DNA of 50,073 bases from a virus. Lineage: Duplodnaviria; Caudoviricetes. Below the pieces are notes generated by a model. The model had not been told where the DNA came from, did no database searches, and worked only from the letters and a program-made list of their open reading frames with translations. How positions within the stretch are numbered: position 1 is the stretch's first letter; every line of letters starts with the position of its first letter. Below, one piece after another: positions 35,743 through 44,950 of the stretch. The stretch spans positions 1-50,073 of IMG/VR virus record IMGVR_UViG_3300025610_000037; one strand, 5' to 3'. The position numbers were made by a program, and so were the translations under genes.

Positions 35743-37245
35743 TCATGCGTCGGCCTCCAGGACGGCCCGACCCACAACTGCGAACACGGCCGGGGTGCAG
35801 CCGTTGCCGACGATGCGGTAGCGCGCCGTCTTCGTCCCCTGCAGCGGGTAGTCGGGGCGCACGCCCATCAGCATGAGGCACTCCTCGACGGTCAGTCGGC
35901 GGCGGCCGGTCGCCAACCACAGAGCGTCACTCGCTCGGTCCACGCCGCCCCGAGTCGCACCGCTCGCCATCTTCTTGCCCATGTTGTCGCCGCGCGTGCC
36001 CTTCGCCTCGGTCGTCGTGACCGTCGGCGCGGGTTGCTCGAGGCGCTGGGGTTCGGTGGCGGCTCGCGTCTCCACCCAGGCCGGCGGCGCACTGTGGCCG
36101 TCACCGCCGGAACGAAGGGCCGACGCGGGCTCCGAAAGTCGCATGGTCGGATGCTTCGGGTCCTCCACCCAGTGCGTCTGGTATCCGCTCGGCGGGTTCA
36201 GGTACAGGTTGCCCTTGCCCCCCACCGACGGCGACGGCTCGGACACGGGCGACGGTCGCTCCTGGTGCGGGTTGGCCTCGGTGTTCCGGCTGGCGTCGAG
36301 TGTCCACTCGACGCCGAGCGCGGGCCCTTCGTCGAAGGGCCCGGCGTTCCCTGCCCCGCCGCCCGACTGAGCAGCGATGGTCGTGCTCGGCTCGTCGGTG
36401 ATGTCCCGCAGCGTCCGCTTGTCGCCCTCGCCGGGGGCCCGGGGGTTCGTGCCGCCGCCGAGGATTCGGACAAACGGCGCTCGGTTGCTTGTTGGGGTTC
36501 CTGCCTGAATGGCATCCGCCGGCTGGGCTGGGTCGAGCGGCCGAACGCTCTGGCTCAGAGCACCCCGGTTGTTCGGTGGCGGCAAGGCGCCGCTCAACCC
36601 CAGCGCCTCCCCGCACGACACCCACGGCTTCAACCGCGGCCCAAACAGCGACCCCTGGTTCAGCGTCGCCGGGTCGCCGTGCGTCGGCTCAGGCCACACG
36701 ATGGGCCCGGGGCCGGCAACCACCACGACCCGCCGGCGATGCTGCGGCACCCCGAACGAGCTCGAGTTCAGCACCCGGTAGTCGACCCAGTCGAACCGGC
36801 GCCGCAGTTCCGTCAGCACCTCGTTGTCGAAGTAGCTCCGGGGGCACCGCCCGGTGCAGCGGTCCTTGCAGGCCCCGTTGTGCTGCAGCAGCCCGGGGAC
36901 CTGCTCGATGACCAGCCACCGGACCCGGCCGCCCAGTGCGTCGAGTGCCGTCCACAGCATCGGGAACCCGTCCCGCTCGTCGTGCTGTGCCTTGCGGCTG
37001 CCGGCGGTCGAGTAGGGCTGGCACGGCGGGGAGGCGTGGACGAAGAACGGGCCGGGCTCGTCGGCCACCAGCGGCAACCAGGTCGCCGTGTCCTCGACGC
37101 CGCAACACACCGAGGGGAAGCCGGCGGCCTTCGCACTGGCGACGGCGTCCTCGTTGAAGTCGACGCAGAGGACGTGCTCGATGCCCGCCTCCTCGTACCC
37201 GATGTCCGCCAGGCCGCCGCCCGAGAAGAACGTGATGCCCTTCAT
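35743..37245 (-). CDS. DNA cytosine-5 methyltransferase with expanded variable region
   Basis: FSGGG motif I, SPPCQPYS motif IV, EQVPG motif VI variant, QHRRR motif VIII, RRLT..EC, IVGNG motif X. Confidence 0.9.
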   Translation of the reverse strand: MKGITFFSGGGLADIGYEEAGIEHVLCVDFNEDAVASAKAAGFPSVCCGVEDTATWLPLVADEPGPFFVHASPPCQPYSTAGSRKAQHDERDGFPMLWTALDALGGRVRWLVIEQVPGLLQHNGACKDRCTGRCPRSYFDNEVLTELRRRFDWVDYRVLNSSSFGVPQHRRRVVVVAGPGPIVWPEPTHGDPATLNQGSLFGPRLKPWVSCGEALGLSGALPPPNNRGALSQSVRPLDPAQPADAIQAGTPTSNRAPFVRILGGGTNPRAPGEGDKRTLRDITDEPSTTIAAQSGGGAGNAGPFDEGPALGVEWTLDASRNTEANPHQERPSPVSEPSPSVGGKGNLYLNPPSGYQTHWVEDPKHPTMRLSEPASALRSGGDGHSAPPAWVETRAATEPQRLEQPAPTVTTTEAKGTRGDNMGKKMASGATRGGVDRASDALWLATGRRRLTVEECLMLMGVRPDYPLQGTKTARYRIVGNGCTPAVFAVVGRAVLEADA

Positions 37246-37946
37246 GCGCCACCCCCGAACAGGGCAACCTGGCCCGGGAGCACGCCGTCGGGGTTCGCCG
37301 GCTTCTCCGGGCGCGGTTCGACCGCCGGCTCCGCGCCGATGTGCCGAATGCGCGCCTCGCCGAGGAAGCCCTTGCGCCAGGTGAACCAGCCGTAGTCGTA
37401 CTGGTCCGTCCCGCCGCCGGGCGTGAAGGACGGCCGGCGCGGGAGCACGAACAGCCACTCGAACCCGGCGCCGGTCGCGAACAGGTGGCGCCGCCGCTTG
37501 CTGGACAGGAAGGCCAGGCGCAGCAGGAACGTCAGCCGCGCACCGTTCGGCAGGTACGACAGCGTGTGCTCGACGAACGACTGAGCCAGCGAGAACGGCG
37601 GGTTGCCGACGACCCAGGTCCGGTTGCAGTGCTCGCCGCCGCTGCCGGCGAGGTAGTCGCCCTGCAGAACGAAGTGCCCGCGGCGCCCGGCCTCCTCGGC
37701 GCGTTGCTGGTTGAGTTCGAACCCGACGATGCTCGGCAGGTCCCCGGGGAACCGCTCGGCCAGGACGTCGAGGATGGCCCCGTCGCCGCAACTGGGCTCG
37801 ATGATGTACTCCGGGTCGCGGGTCCACGGGCCGACGTGCCCCGGCAGAGCGTCCAACATCGCCACCGTCGCCCACCTGGGCGTGGCGTAGAAGTCGTCGG
37901 GATGGCGGCCGGCTGGTCGCTGGGGCTCTTGCGTCGTCAGCATCAC
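37242..37946 (-). CDS. DNA amino-methyltransferase (m6A/m4C type)
   Basis: DDFYATP, EPSCGDGAI and VGNPPF motifs. Confidence 0.85.
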   Translation of the reverse strand: MMLTTQEPQRPAGRHPDDFYATPRWATVAMLDALPGHVGPWTRDPEYIIEPSCGDGAILDVLAERFPGDLPSIVGFELNQQRAEEAGRRGHFVLQGDYLAGSGGEHCNRTWVVGNPPFSLAQSFVEHTLSYLPNGARLTFLLRLAFLSSKRRRHLFATGAGFEWLFVLPRRPSFTPGGGTDQYDYGWFTWRKGFLGEARIRHIGAEPAVEPRPEKPANPDGVLPGQVALFGGGA

Positions 37947-38137
37947 TCCCCCTTGTCCGCCAGCAATTCCTTGAGGCTGAGGTCTTTCATCGTCTCGTCT
38001 CCAGTCCGGCTCCCGCCGGGGGTGATGAGCACGGCGTCGTCCGTCAACACCGCGCCCCGGTCGACCATCGCCTGCTCCAGCCAGTTCTCAGGTCGGCGCA
38101 GTCGGCGGTAGCTCTTGATCCTGTCGAGCACACTCAC
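37943..38137 (-). CDS. Hypothetical protein (64 aa)
   Basis: Overlaps with both neighbours. Confidence 0.5.
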   Translation of the reverse strand: MSVLDRIKSYRRLRRPENWLEQAMVDRGAVLTDDAVLITPGGSRTGDETMKDLSLKELLADKGE

Positions 38138-40143
38138 TTGCTGAACACCTTGTCCCGCCGCTGACGCTGGACCTGCTGGTACTCCTGCGTCGCCGTCAGG
38201 TCCGTGAACCAGCCGAACGGCTGCGGCAGCCGCAGGTCCACCGCGCCGACTGCGCCGTTCCGCACCTTGTCCACGATCACCTTGCGGACCTCAGGATCCT
38301 GCCCGTGCGGGTCCGCCTCCGACGGGTTGAACAACAGGGCGATGTAGTCCGCGTCCTGCGTCCACTGGTTGCTGCCGCGAACGTCCCAACGGGTCGGCAT
38401 CCGGCCCGTCTCCTTGCCCTGTGGCCGGTTCAACTGCACCGCCACGCACAGGGCGATGTGCCGGTTCTCCTGGACCCACGCCTTGAGGGCCTTCGACGCC
38501 GCCGCTCCACGGGCCTCGATGCCCTTCTCGCCGGGCATCACCACCTCCTGGCCGTAGTCGATCCAGATGACCTGCGGGTAGTCCTCCCGGTTCGCCAGCC
38601 AGTCGAGGTGCCTCTTGAGGTTCGACCACAGCGGCGAGCACTCGGTGAACCAGAAGGGCAGGTTGTGCCGACGGCTGTACGCATCGATCGAGCGAGACGT
38701 CAGGTTCTCCGGCGACAGCCCATGGTTCTTCCCCAGGCCGAGCTCGCCGTCGACGATGCGTTCCTGCAGCTGCGACTTCGTCATCTCCAGCGAAACGAAG
38801 TGGTTGCGGATCCCGTACTTCGCCGCCATCGACACGCCGAACGACAGGCACATGTGGGTCTTGCCGTCGCCCGACCGGCCGCAGAACAGGTGGTAGCCGC
38901 CCGGCATGATGCGCGACAGCAAGTCGAGGGCCTCGATCCCGATGGCGTACCCAGGCCGCTTCAGTGTCCCGGCTGCGATCTCGACCTGCTCGTCGGCGCC
39001 CGCAGTCAGCAGGTCCGCGAACGACCAGCCGTCCATGTCGGTCCCACCAGCCAACTCGAGCGGGGGCCTCGGCTCCTCCACCGAGAACCGCTCGGCCGGG
39101 TCAGCGAAGTGGTCGCACCAGTCGCCCTCCCAGCCGTCCTCCCACCGCACCTGAGCCACCTCGGCGCCGGCCTCAGTCAGCATCCCAGCCACCACCCCCT
39201 GCGCCTTCCGGCCCGCAGCGTCACCGTCGAACCCGACGAGCCACGCCGAGGACAGGGCTGAGAGCCTCCCTGCGCGCTCAGGACGCACCCAGGAGGTCCC
39301 AGGCACCCCGATCGCCGGCAGGCCCTCCTGCCGCAGCCTGACGGCGTCTAGGGCGCCCTCGACCAGCATCGGCCGCTCGTCGGTGTCGAGGCTCAAGCCC
39401 CACGGGTACGGCACTTCGCCCCGGACGTGCCGATACTTCGGCCCCTTGCCCTTGTTCTTCTCGCTGCGGTGCCACCGCCTCGCCTGCAAGTGCCCGCAGT
39501 TGCCCTGCCGGTCGCGGTACGGAATGACAAGCCAACCACCCCAGCCCCAGGGGCAGTTGAGCAGCCCGCTTGCCTTCGAATCGACCGCAAGCCCGAGTGC
39601 CATCACCGACATCACGTCCGTCGCACTGATGGCGGACTGCATGGCCCGGTTGGCGTTCTCCTCGTGGGCGAACCGGAACCCGTGCCGCTCGGCGGACTCG
39701 GCCGTGATGCCGTACTTCTCCAGCAGCCAGGCCAGCATCGCCGGCGGCGGGGCGTCCAGTGCCTCGAGAAACGCCGAACACGCAAAGCGCCGGGTGACGT
39801 AGGGCACGACCGTGTTGTCCTCGGCCACCTCCTCGTACTTGATGGGCGGCAGGTCCGGCTTGTTGTCCCGCAGCAGGTCGTCGAGGGCCTCGAGCAGGGT
39901 GCAGCCCCGCATCCAGCAGACCAGGTCGATGACGTCCCCGCCGCTGCCGTCGCTGAACAAGTGCCAGCGCCAGACGTCCTGCTTCCGGTAGAAGCTCCCA
40001 CTCGGGGACTTCGCCTTCGGGCCACGGCCAGCTGGGTTGAAGAACCCCTTGCCGTCCTTCGTGACGTCCAGCCCCAAGCGCCGGGCCTCAGTGCGAAGGT
40101 CAAGCTCTCGGGCTCGGGCAATCCTGTCCTCGGTGTCGGTCAT
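38134..40143 (-). CDS. Primase-helicase fusion (TOPRIM plus DnaB-like SF4 helicase)
   Basis: LVEGALDA, FDGDAAG; GRSGDGKT, SLEMT, IDYGQ, QLNR, QDAD, KVRNG. Confidence 0.9.
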   Translation of the reverse strand: MTDTEDRIARARELDLRTEARRLGLDVTKDGKGFFNPAGRGPKAKSPSGSFYRKQDVWRWHLFSDGSGGDVIDLVCWMRGCTLLEALDDLLRDNKPDLPPIKYEEVAEDNTVVPYVTRRFACSAFLEALDAPPPAMLAWLLEKYGITAESAERHGFRFAHEENANRAMQSAISATDVMSVMALGLAVDSKASGLLNCPWGWGGWLVIPYRDRQGNCGHLQARRWHRSEKNKGKGPKYRHVRGEVPYPWGLSLDTDERPMLVEGALDAVRLRQEGLPAIGVPGTSWVRPERAGRLSALSSAWLVGFDGDAAGRKAQGVVAGMLTEAGAEVAQVRWEDGWEGDWCDHFADPAERFSVEEPRPPLELAGGTDMDGWSFADLLTAGADEQVEIAAGTLKRPGYAIGIEALDLLSRIMPGGYHLFCGRSGDGKTHMCLSFGVSMAAKYGIRNHFVSLEMTKSQLQERIVDGELGLGKNHGLSPENLTSRSIDAYSRRHNLPFWFTECSPLWSNLKRHLDWLANREDYPQVIWIDYGQEVVMPGEKGIEARGAAASKALKAWVQENRHIALCVAVQLNRPQGKETGRMPTRWDVRGSNQWTQDADYIALLFNPSEADPHGQDPEVRKVIVDKVRNGAVGAVDLRLPQPFGWFTDLTATQEYQQVQRQRRDKVFSK

Positions 40144-41282
40144 CCCTGCCACCCCTCCTCGAGCCGGGACACCACCCGACCCAGCACGTTGTTCAGGTAC
40201 TGCGGCTGCTCGGGCTTCGCCGGGTGCGAGCAGTCCGACAGGGCCCGGAGGTACGACTCGGGCCGGTAGCGGTCGACGCGCTCGCCGGCGGCCTTGCGAT
40301 TCAGGAAGCCCTGCATCACCTCGGCGACGACCGAGTACCAGGGCAGCGACTCGTCCAGCAGGTTGAGCTCGCTCAATAGCCACAGCCCCGACGGGTCCCG
40401 CAGCACGTTGCGGTCGTTGGCGAACGGGACGTACTGCATGCCGCCGACTGCCTGGGGGAGGGAGTCGTTGGAGGGGAACCGAGCGCCGATCGTCTCTCCG
40501 GCGGCCCACGACTCAGCCTCTGCGAGGTAGCCCGGGAAGTTCGACGGCCGCCAAAGGGTGCTGCCCTTGAGGTAGACCTTGTCGCTCTTGCCCTCGCCTC
40601 GGTGCCAGCCAGCCTCCGGGGCCTGGAACGCCCAGGAGAGGACGAGCTTGCACTTCTCCAGGCCGTGCTTCTTCAGGGCCTTCTCAGCAACGCCGTAGAT
40701 CGTGGCGTCCTCCATCTTCGACGGCTTGCCGGTCCACCGCTCCCACTCAGCCCTGAAGTGGGCGATGTAGCCAGCCTTGTCCGATGCAGACACACGACGC
40801 CCCCTGGGGGGCTTTGGGGGGTTGTTCCTTTCCTTCTCTTCCTTCTCTTCCTTCTCCTCCTTGGGTGTCCCGAGGACCGTCCCGTGGAGCTTCTCCGTGG
40901 TAGTGCCCGGGACCGTCCCCGGGACCGTCCCCGGGACGGGCTCATGCCACGGTGGCGCCGGGTGTCTGGGACCGGCGTCGCGCTCCCTCTTGTTCGGACG
41001 CTGATGGACGGTGAAGGTCAGGATGTGCGCGTACTGCCTGCCGTTGGCCTCGTACCGGCGAAGCCAGTCGATGCGCTCGAGGTCGTCGCCCATCGCATTG
41101 ATGTCTCTCGGGTCGCCGACCGGGAACACATGGCCGTCGATGAGCTTCGGCTGCCACTCCAGGCGTCCGTCGCAGTCAGCCAGCTGCAGCAGACCGATGG
41201 CGAGCAGGCGGCACTCGGCGGGCAGCCGGGCGAGTTCAGGGTGCTGGAAGAACTCCGGCTTGACGGTGCGGATGCGGGCCAT
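40140..41282 (-). CDS. Phage replication initiator
   Basis: MARIRTVKPEFF N-terminus, ADCDGR, HQRPN, low-complexity linker with PPKPP, TLWRPSNFPGYL C-domain. Confidence 0.8.
   Translation of the reverse strand: MARIRTVKPEFFQHPELARLPAECRLLAIGLLQLADCDGRLEWQPKLIDGHVFPVGDPRDINAMGDDLERIDWLRRYEANGRQYAHILTFTVHQRPNKRERDAGPRHPAPPWHEPVPGTVPGTVPGTTTEKLHGTVLGTPKEEKEEKEEKERNNPPKPPRGRRVSASDKAGYIAHFRAEWERWTGKPSKMEDATIYGVAEKALKKHGLEKCKLVLSWAFQAPEAGWHRGEGKSDKVYLKGSTLWRPSNFPGYLAEAESWAAGETIGARFPSNDSLPQAVGGMQYVPFANDRNVLRDPSGLWLLSELNLLDESLPWYSVVAEVMQGFLNRKAAGERVDRYRPESYLRALSDCSHPAKPEQPQYLNNVLGRVVSRLEEGWQG
40801..40937. repeat. Candidate replication origin: 12-bp iterons plus pyrimidine tract inside the initiator gene
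   Basis: GGGACCGTCCCC at 40909 and 40921, partial copies at 40933 and 40874; C/T tract 40824-40862. Confidence 0.55.
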
Positions 41283-41515
41283 CAGTCCTGACCCCGCGCG
41301 CCCTCGGCCTTCGCCATCTCGTCAGCCATCCGGCCCAGGCACAGGGCGACTTCGCGGAGTTGCGCCGACCCGGAAGCCAGTTGCACACCGACGCTTCCTT
41401 CGCCGCCTTCTCCGTCGTTGACGTACACGTCCCCGTGGTGCGCCTCGACGGTGCAGATCGGCTCCGGGAGTTCGTCGATGTAGACGCGGAACGCGGACTC
41501 GACGCGGGCGGTCAC
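41282..41515 (-). CDS. Hypothetical protein (77 aa)
   Basis: Coupled overlaps. Confidence 0.6.
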   Translation of the reverse strand: MTARVESAFRVYIDELPEPICTVEAHHGDVYVNDGEGGEGSVGVQLASGSAQLREVALCLGRMADEMAKAEGARGQD

Positions 41516-41706
41516 TTCGCCCCCCGCACTGCCTGCTCGGTTCGAGCTCGGGCCTCAACCCACTCCCGAAGCTGTGCGCGGCTGTAGAGCCAGCGCCGTC
41601 CAACCTTCGTCGCCGGCACCTTCCCGTCGCGGGCCCACTCCTTGATGGTGCGGGGCTCGACTTGAAGGAGCGCGGCGGCGTCTTCCGTACCGATGATGTC
41701 GTTCAT
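41512..41706 (-). CDS. Excisionase-like (MerR-superfamily) HTH protein
   Basis: TEDAAALLQVEPRTIKEWARDGKVPATKVGRRWLYSR. Confidence 0.85.
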   Translation of the reverse strand: MNDIIGTEDAAALLQVEPRTIKEWARDGKVPATKVGRRWLYSRAQLREWVEARARTEQAVRGAK

Positions 41707-41714
41707 GGCTACAG

Positions 41715-41743
41715 ACCGTGCCCGCATCGCCGGCGCATGTCAA
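41715..41743 (-). promoter_or_regulatory. Sigma70 promoter TTGACA-N17-CACGGT for the replication operon, near-leaderless
   Basis: Consensus -35, 17-nt spacer, ATG 8 nt past the -10. Confidence 0.55.
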
Positions 41744-41767
41744 ACGCACCTTTGCTGCAAGTTGGCG

Positions 41768-41796
41768 TTGACCGCCGCACCCACCCCCGCTACTGT
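41768..41796 (+). promoter_or_regulatory. Sigma70 promoter TTGACC-N17-TACTGT for the recombination operon
   Basis: Near-consensus, divergent from 41715-41743. Confidence 0.65.
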
Positions 41797-41830
41797 CCCT
41801 CTCGCCGCATGGAGTGGCGGAGGAGACAAC

Positions 41831-42178
41831 GTGAACGACATCATCAACATCAACGGCCGCGACTACGTCCCGGCCGACACGGCCCACGCGACCAACACCG
41901 ACGGCGAGCAGTTCGTGCTCATCTGCACGGACAAGCGCGGCGTGTTCGCCGGCTGGGTCACGGATCCGGCCGCCGACCCGCTGCCGGTGCGCGGGGCTCA
42001 GATGGCCGTGTACTGGTCGACCGCCATGAAGGGCGTGACCGGCCTCGCGACGAAGGGCCCGGACGAGAACTGCCGCATCAGCGAGCCCGCCGACCTGACC
42101 CTCAACGGGATCACGATGGTCGCCAGCGTGACCGAGTCGGCGCGGGCGCGGTGGGAGGCGCAGCCGTGGAAGTCCTGA
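41831..42178 (+). CDS. DUF6948-like phage protein
   Basis: VLICTDKRGVFAG...VYWS...LATKGP; GGAGGAG SD; followed by a Gly-rich repeat gene as usual for this family. Confidence 0.65.
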   Translation: MNDIININGRDYVPADTAHATNTDGEQFVLICTDKRGVFAGWVTDPAADPLPVRGAQMAVYWSTAMKGVTGLATKGPDENCRISEPADLTLNGITMVASVTESARARWEAQPWKS

Positions 42179-42426
42179 GCGGCGAGGTTGTCGACCTGGG
42201 CTACGGCGACGGCTACGGCTACGGCGACGGCTGCGGCTACGGCTACGGCTACGGCTACAGCTACGGCTGCGGCGACGGCTGCGGCTACGGCTACGGCTAC
42301 GGCTACAGCTACGGCTACGGCTACGGCTACAGCTACGGCTACGGCTACGGCTGCGGCGACGGCTACAGCTACAGCTACGGCTACGGCAACGGCTGCGGCT
42401 ACGGCTCGGGTCGGAGTGCGAAGTGA
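42166..42426 (+). CDS. Gly-Tyr repeat protein (86 aa)
   Basis: GGAGG SD before GTG; (GY/GD/GC/SY)n. Confidence 0.6.
   Translation: MEVLSGEVVDLGYGDGYGYGDGCGYGYGYGYSYGCGDGCGYGYGYGYSYGYGYGYSYGYGYGCGDGYSYSYGYGNGCGYGSGRSAK
42199..42405 (+). repeat. Degenerate (GGCTAC)n hexamer tandem repeat
   Basis: Directly visible. Confidence 0.95.
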
Positions 42427-42590
42427 CCCCCGCCGCTACCTACCTCCGCGACGCCGTCACCCTCGCGCGCCTGACCGGCAACGCGGACGACCGGACCCTG
42501 TGGTTCCTCGTGGCGAAGGTCGCGGAGAAGTTCAACGTGTCGCCGCTGGACCTGCTGGACCTGGCGATCGAGGAGAAGGAGGAGGGATGA
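42423..42590 (+). CDS. Hypothetical protein (55 aa)
   Basis: GTGA and ATGA overlaps. Confidence 0.55.
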   Translation: MTPAATYLRDAVTLARLTGNADDRTLWFLVAKVAEKFNVSPLDLLDLAIEEKEEG

Positions 42591-43549
42591 TCGACGGACT
42601 CACCAACAACAAGCCGCGCATCGGGCGGGCGAGGAAGATCAAGGTCGGGGAGAAGGACCCGAACCGGGGCTTCCCACGCAAGCTCGACCACTTCAAGAGC
42701 TCGGACCCGAAGTTCCACGAGGTCCACGGCAAGAAGCCGACGCGGCTGTCCTGCTACCTGCCGAGCCTCGACATCGACACCGTCTGGCAGACCGCCCTCG
42801 CCGCGTACAAGGGCGCCGGCCTGTGGTGCAAGGGCGACGGGGTGACGGCGAACCGGCGCGCCCCCGACGGCGGCTGGATGCAGGTCGACTGCGCCAACTG
42901 CCCGCACCACTTCCGCGACGGGGCGGACCGGGACAAGAAGGTCTGCAAGCCGCTGGGCACGCTCAACGTCATCGACCGCGCACTGCCCGGAGCCGACGCC
43001 ACGCAGATCCGCACCACCTCCATCAACTCCATCCTGAACATCGGGGCAAAGTTGGAGCAGGCGCGAGGCCTCCGGTCCCTGCAGCTGTGGGAGGTGCCCT
43101 TCGTGCTGTCGGTCAGCATGGAGCGCATCAGCTACGCCAACGGCAGCAAGACGACGACGGCGCCCATCCTGCACCTGGACTTCGAAGACAGCATCGACGA
43201 CCTCGTGGCGAAGGCACTGGCCGCCGAGCAGCGGGTGCTCCCTGAGCCGGTGGCCCCCCGCGCCATCGCCGCCCCGGGCGTCACGCCCGAGTCCATCGAC
43301 GCCGAGCCCACGCCCGAGTTGCTCTACCCCGACGCCATCGACGTCACCCCCGAGCCGACGGTCGACGAGCTCTTGGAGATGGAGAAGGTGGCCGTGCGGG
43401 GGAAGGCAGAGATCCTCGGCAAGGGCGTCATCTACACCGGCTGGGTCGAGAAGGCCCGCGTCGGCGGACTGCCCGACGCGAAGATCCGCCGGCTGCTGCT
43501 GCAGTCGATGCAGACGGTCGGCATCAACACGGAGGAGTGGCTCCGATGA
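42587..43549 (+). CDS. Gp3-like (recombination directionality factor-like) protein
   Basis: KIKVGEK...FPRKLDHF, LWCKGDG, C..CP...CKP and TTSINSI motifs; strong SD. Confidence 0.7.
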   Translation: MIDGLTNNKPRIGRARKIKVGEKDPNRGFPRKLDHFKSSDPKFHEVHGKKPTRLSCYLPSLDIDTVWQTALAAYKGAGLWCKGDGVTANRRAPDGGWMQVDCANCPHHFRDGADRDKKVCKPLGTLNVIDRALPGADATQIRTTSINSILNIGAKLEQARGLRSLQLWEVPFVLSVSMERISYANGSKTTTAPILHLDFEDSIDDLVAKALAAEQRVLPEPVAPRAIAAPGVTPESIDAEPTPELLYPDAIDVTPEPTVDELLEMEKVAVRGKAEILGKGVIYTGWVEKARVGGLPDAKIRRLLLQSMQTVGINTEEWLR

Positions 43550-43707
43550 CCCACTGCAACCCCAACCACAGCAAGCCGTTGGCGCCGCCCGTTGTGGTCC
43601 GCCGCCCCCGCCGCCGCGCCGACCGCGACGAGGACCGGTCGCGGGACGAGGAGCGGGACCGGCGGGAACTTGAGGCCGAGTGGACGAAGGAGAGTGACCG
43701 TGGCTGA
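43546..43707 (+). CDS. Small charged hypothetical protein
   Basis: GGAGGAG SD, ATGA overlap. Confidence 0.4.
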   Translation: MTHCNPNHSKPLAPPVVVRRPRRRADRDEDRSRDEERDRRELEAEWTKESDRG

Positions 43708-44950
43708 CCACAGCAAGTTTATCGCCTGGCTCAACCAGCGCACCATCGACGGCGACCTGAAGTTCCTAGGGTCCGCGACGACGTACCTCGGCATGGACTG
43801 CGGGCCGTCGATGCTGCTGCGGCAGTCCGAGCGCAGTGAGTCGGGCCCCCTTGCCCGGCGGGGCAGTGCGTTCCACGACGCAGCCGACGCCTACATCAAG
43901 CACCTCATCGCCACCGAGTCGCAGACCGACCTGCAGCACGGCTGGAACAAGGTGCTCGACCCGGCCATCCGCAAGTGGAAGGTGCCGCCGTCGCTTCAGC
44001 CCGAACTTCGCCGCTGGTGGGAGCGGTGGGTCGACCGGTTCATTCTGCCGCCGCCGGCGATGGTCATCGGCTCCGAAGTCGGCGTCGTCGTCGACCGCGA
44101 CCTCAACCCGCAGCCCTTCGACCCGGCCCTCGTCGATCACCACAGCGGCGACAAGGACGAGGCAGTGCGGCAGGGCCTGTTCTTCCGCATGGCCGCCGAC
44201 CTGGTGACCTGCGAGGAGTTCGACCTTGAGGTGACGGACTGGAAGTGCTCGCCGCACGTCCCCTCGGAGACAGACCTGCGCGACAGCCCGCAGGCGTTCA
44301 TGTACCTCGCCGTCCTCGGAATGCAGCTGGGCATCGACGAGGACGAGGACGTCCTGTTCCGCCAGCACCACGTCCCCTGGGGCAAGTCCGTCGACGTCCA
44401 CTGGACGCTGCGGGAGTGCATCGACAAGACCCGCGCCTGGTGGCGGACGCACATGGCCGTCGAGAAGCGGTCCCCCATGCACGAGTACTGGCGGACCTAC
44501 AACGCGACGTCGCAGTGCCAGTACTGCCCGCTGCGGGACGGGACGACGACGCTGCCGGGGCTGGAGCCGTGCCCGGTCTGGAAGGGCGACACCGAGGCCG
44601 GCAGCCTCATCTTGACCCTGCGCGGGCTGGAGACGCTGCGGAAGGACGCACTGCAGGTGCTGTCGGCGCGGGCGAAGATCGAGCCGGTCCGGGCGTACGG
44701 CTTCAAGGCCCATTACGCCGAGGCCCCGCGCCGCAACATCAACCCGGTGAAGCTGTTCGCCTGGCTGGAGAAGCGCGAGGAGTTGCCGGCGGACCCGCTC
44801 TACTACGTCGGCGGCGGCTGGAAGGCCCTGACGACCGGCAAGAACAAGCTGACCGAGGGCGACATCGAGGAGCTCGAGGCGAAGAAGATCATCACCTACC
44901 GCGCCGGCAGCAAGTTCGAGGTGGTGGTGGACGAGGAGGACGACGAGTGA
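43700..44950 (+). CDS. PD-(D/E)XK (RecB/Cas4-like) exonuclease
   Basis: RGSAFH, ADLV, TDWK, QAFMY, CQYCP...CP. Confidence 0.8.
   Translation: MADHSKFIAWLNQRTIDGDLKFLGSATTYLGMDCGPSMLLRQSERSESGPLARRGSAFHDAADAYIKHLIATESQTDLQHGWNKVLDPAIRKWKVPPSLQPELRRWWERWVDRFILPPPAMVIGSEVGVVVDRDLNPQPFDPALVDHHSGDKDEAVRQGLFFRMAADLVTCEEFDLEVTDWKCSPHVPSETDLRDSPQAFMYLAVLGMQLGIDEDEDVLFRQHHVPWGKSVDVHWTLRECIDKTRAWWRTHMAVEKRSPMHEYWRTYNATSQCQYCPLRDGTTTLPGLEPCPVWKGDTEAGSLILTLRGLETLRKDALQVLSARAKIEPVRAYGFKAHYAEAPRRNINPVKLFAWLEKREELPADPLYYVGGGWKALTTGKNKLTEGDIEELEAKKIITYRAGSKFEVVVDEEDDE

Noticed and set aside
42199-42405. Diversity-generating retroelement template/variable repeat
   Set aside because: Simple tandem repeat; no reverse transcriptase in the window
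42188-42586. Thr-Ala repeat N-terminus fused to the Gp3-like ORF
   Set aside because: Alternate frame of the hexamer repeat; the true start at 42587 has a strong SD
43700-44950. CRISPR-associated Cas4
   Set aside because: No array or other cas genes; context is phage recombination
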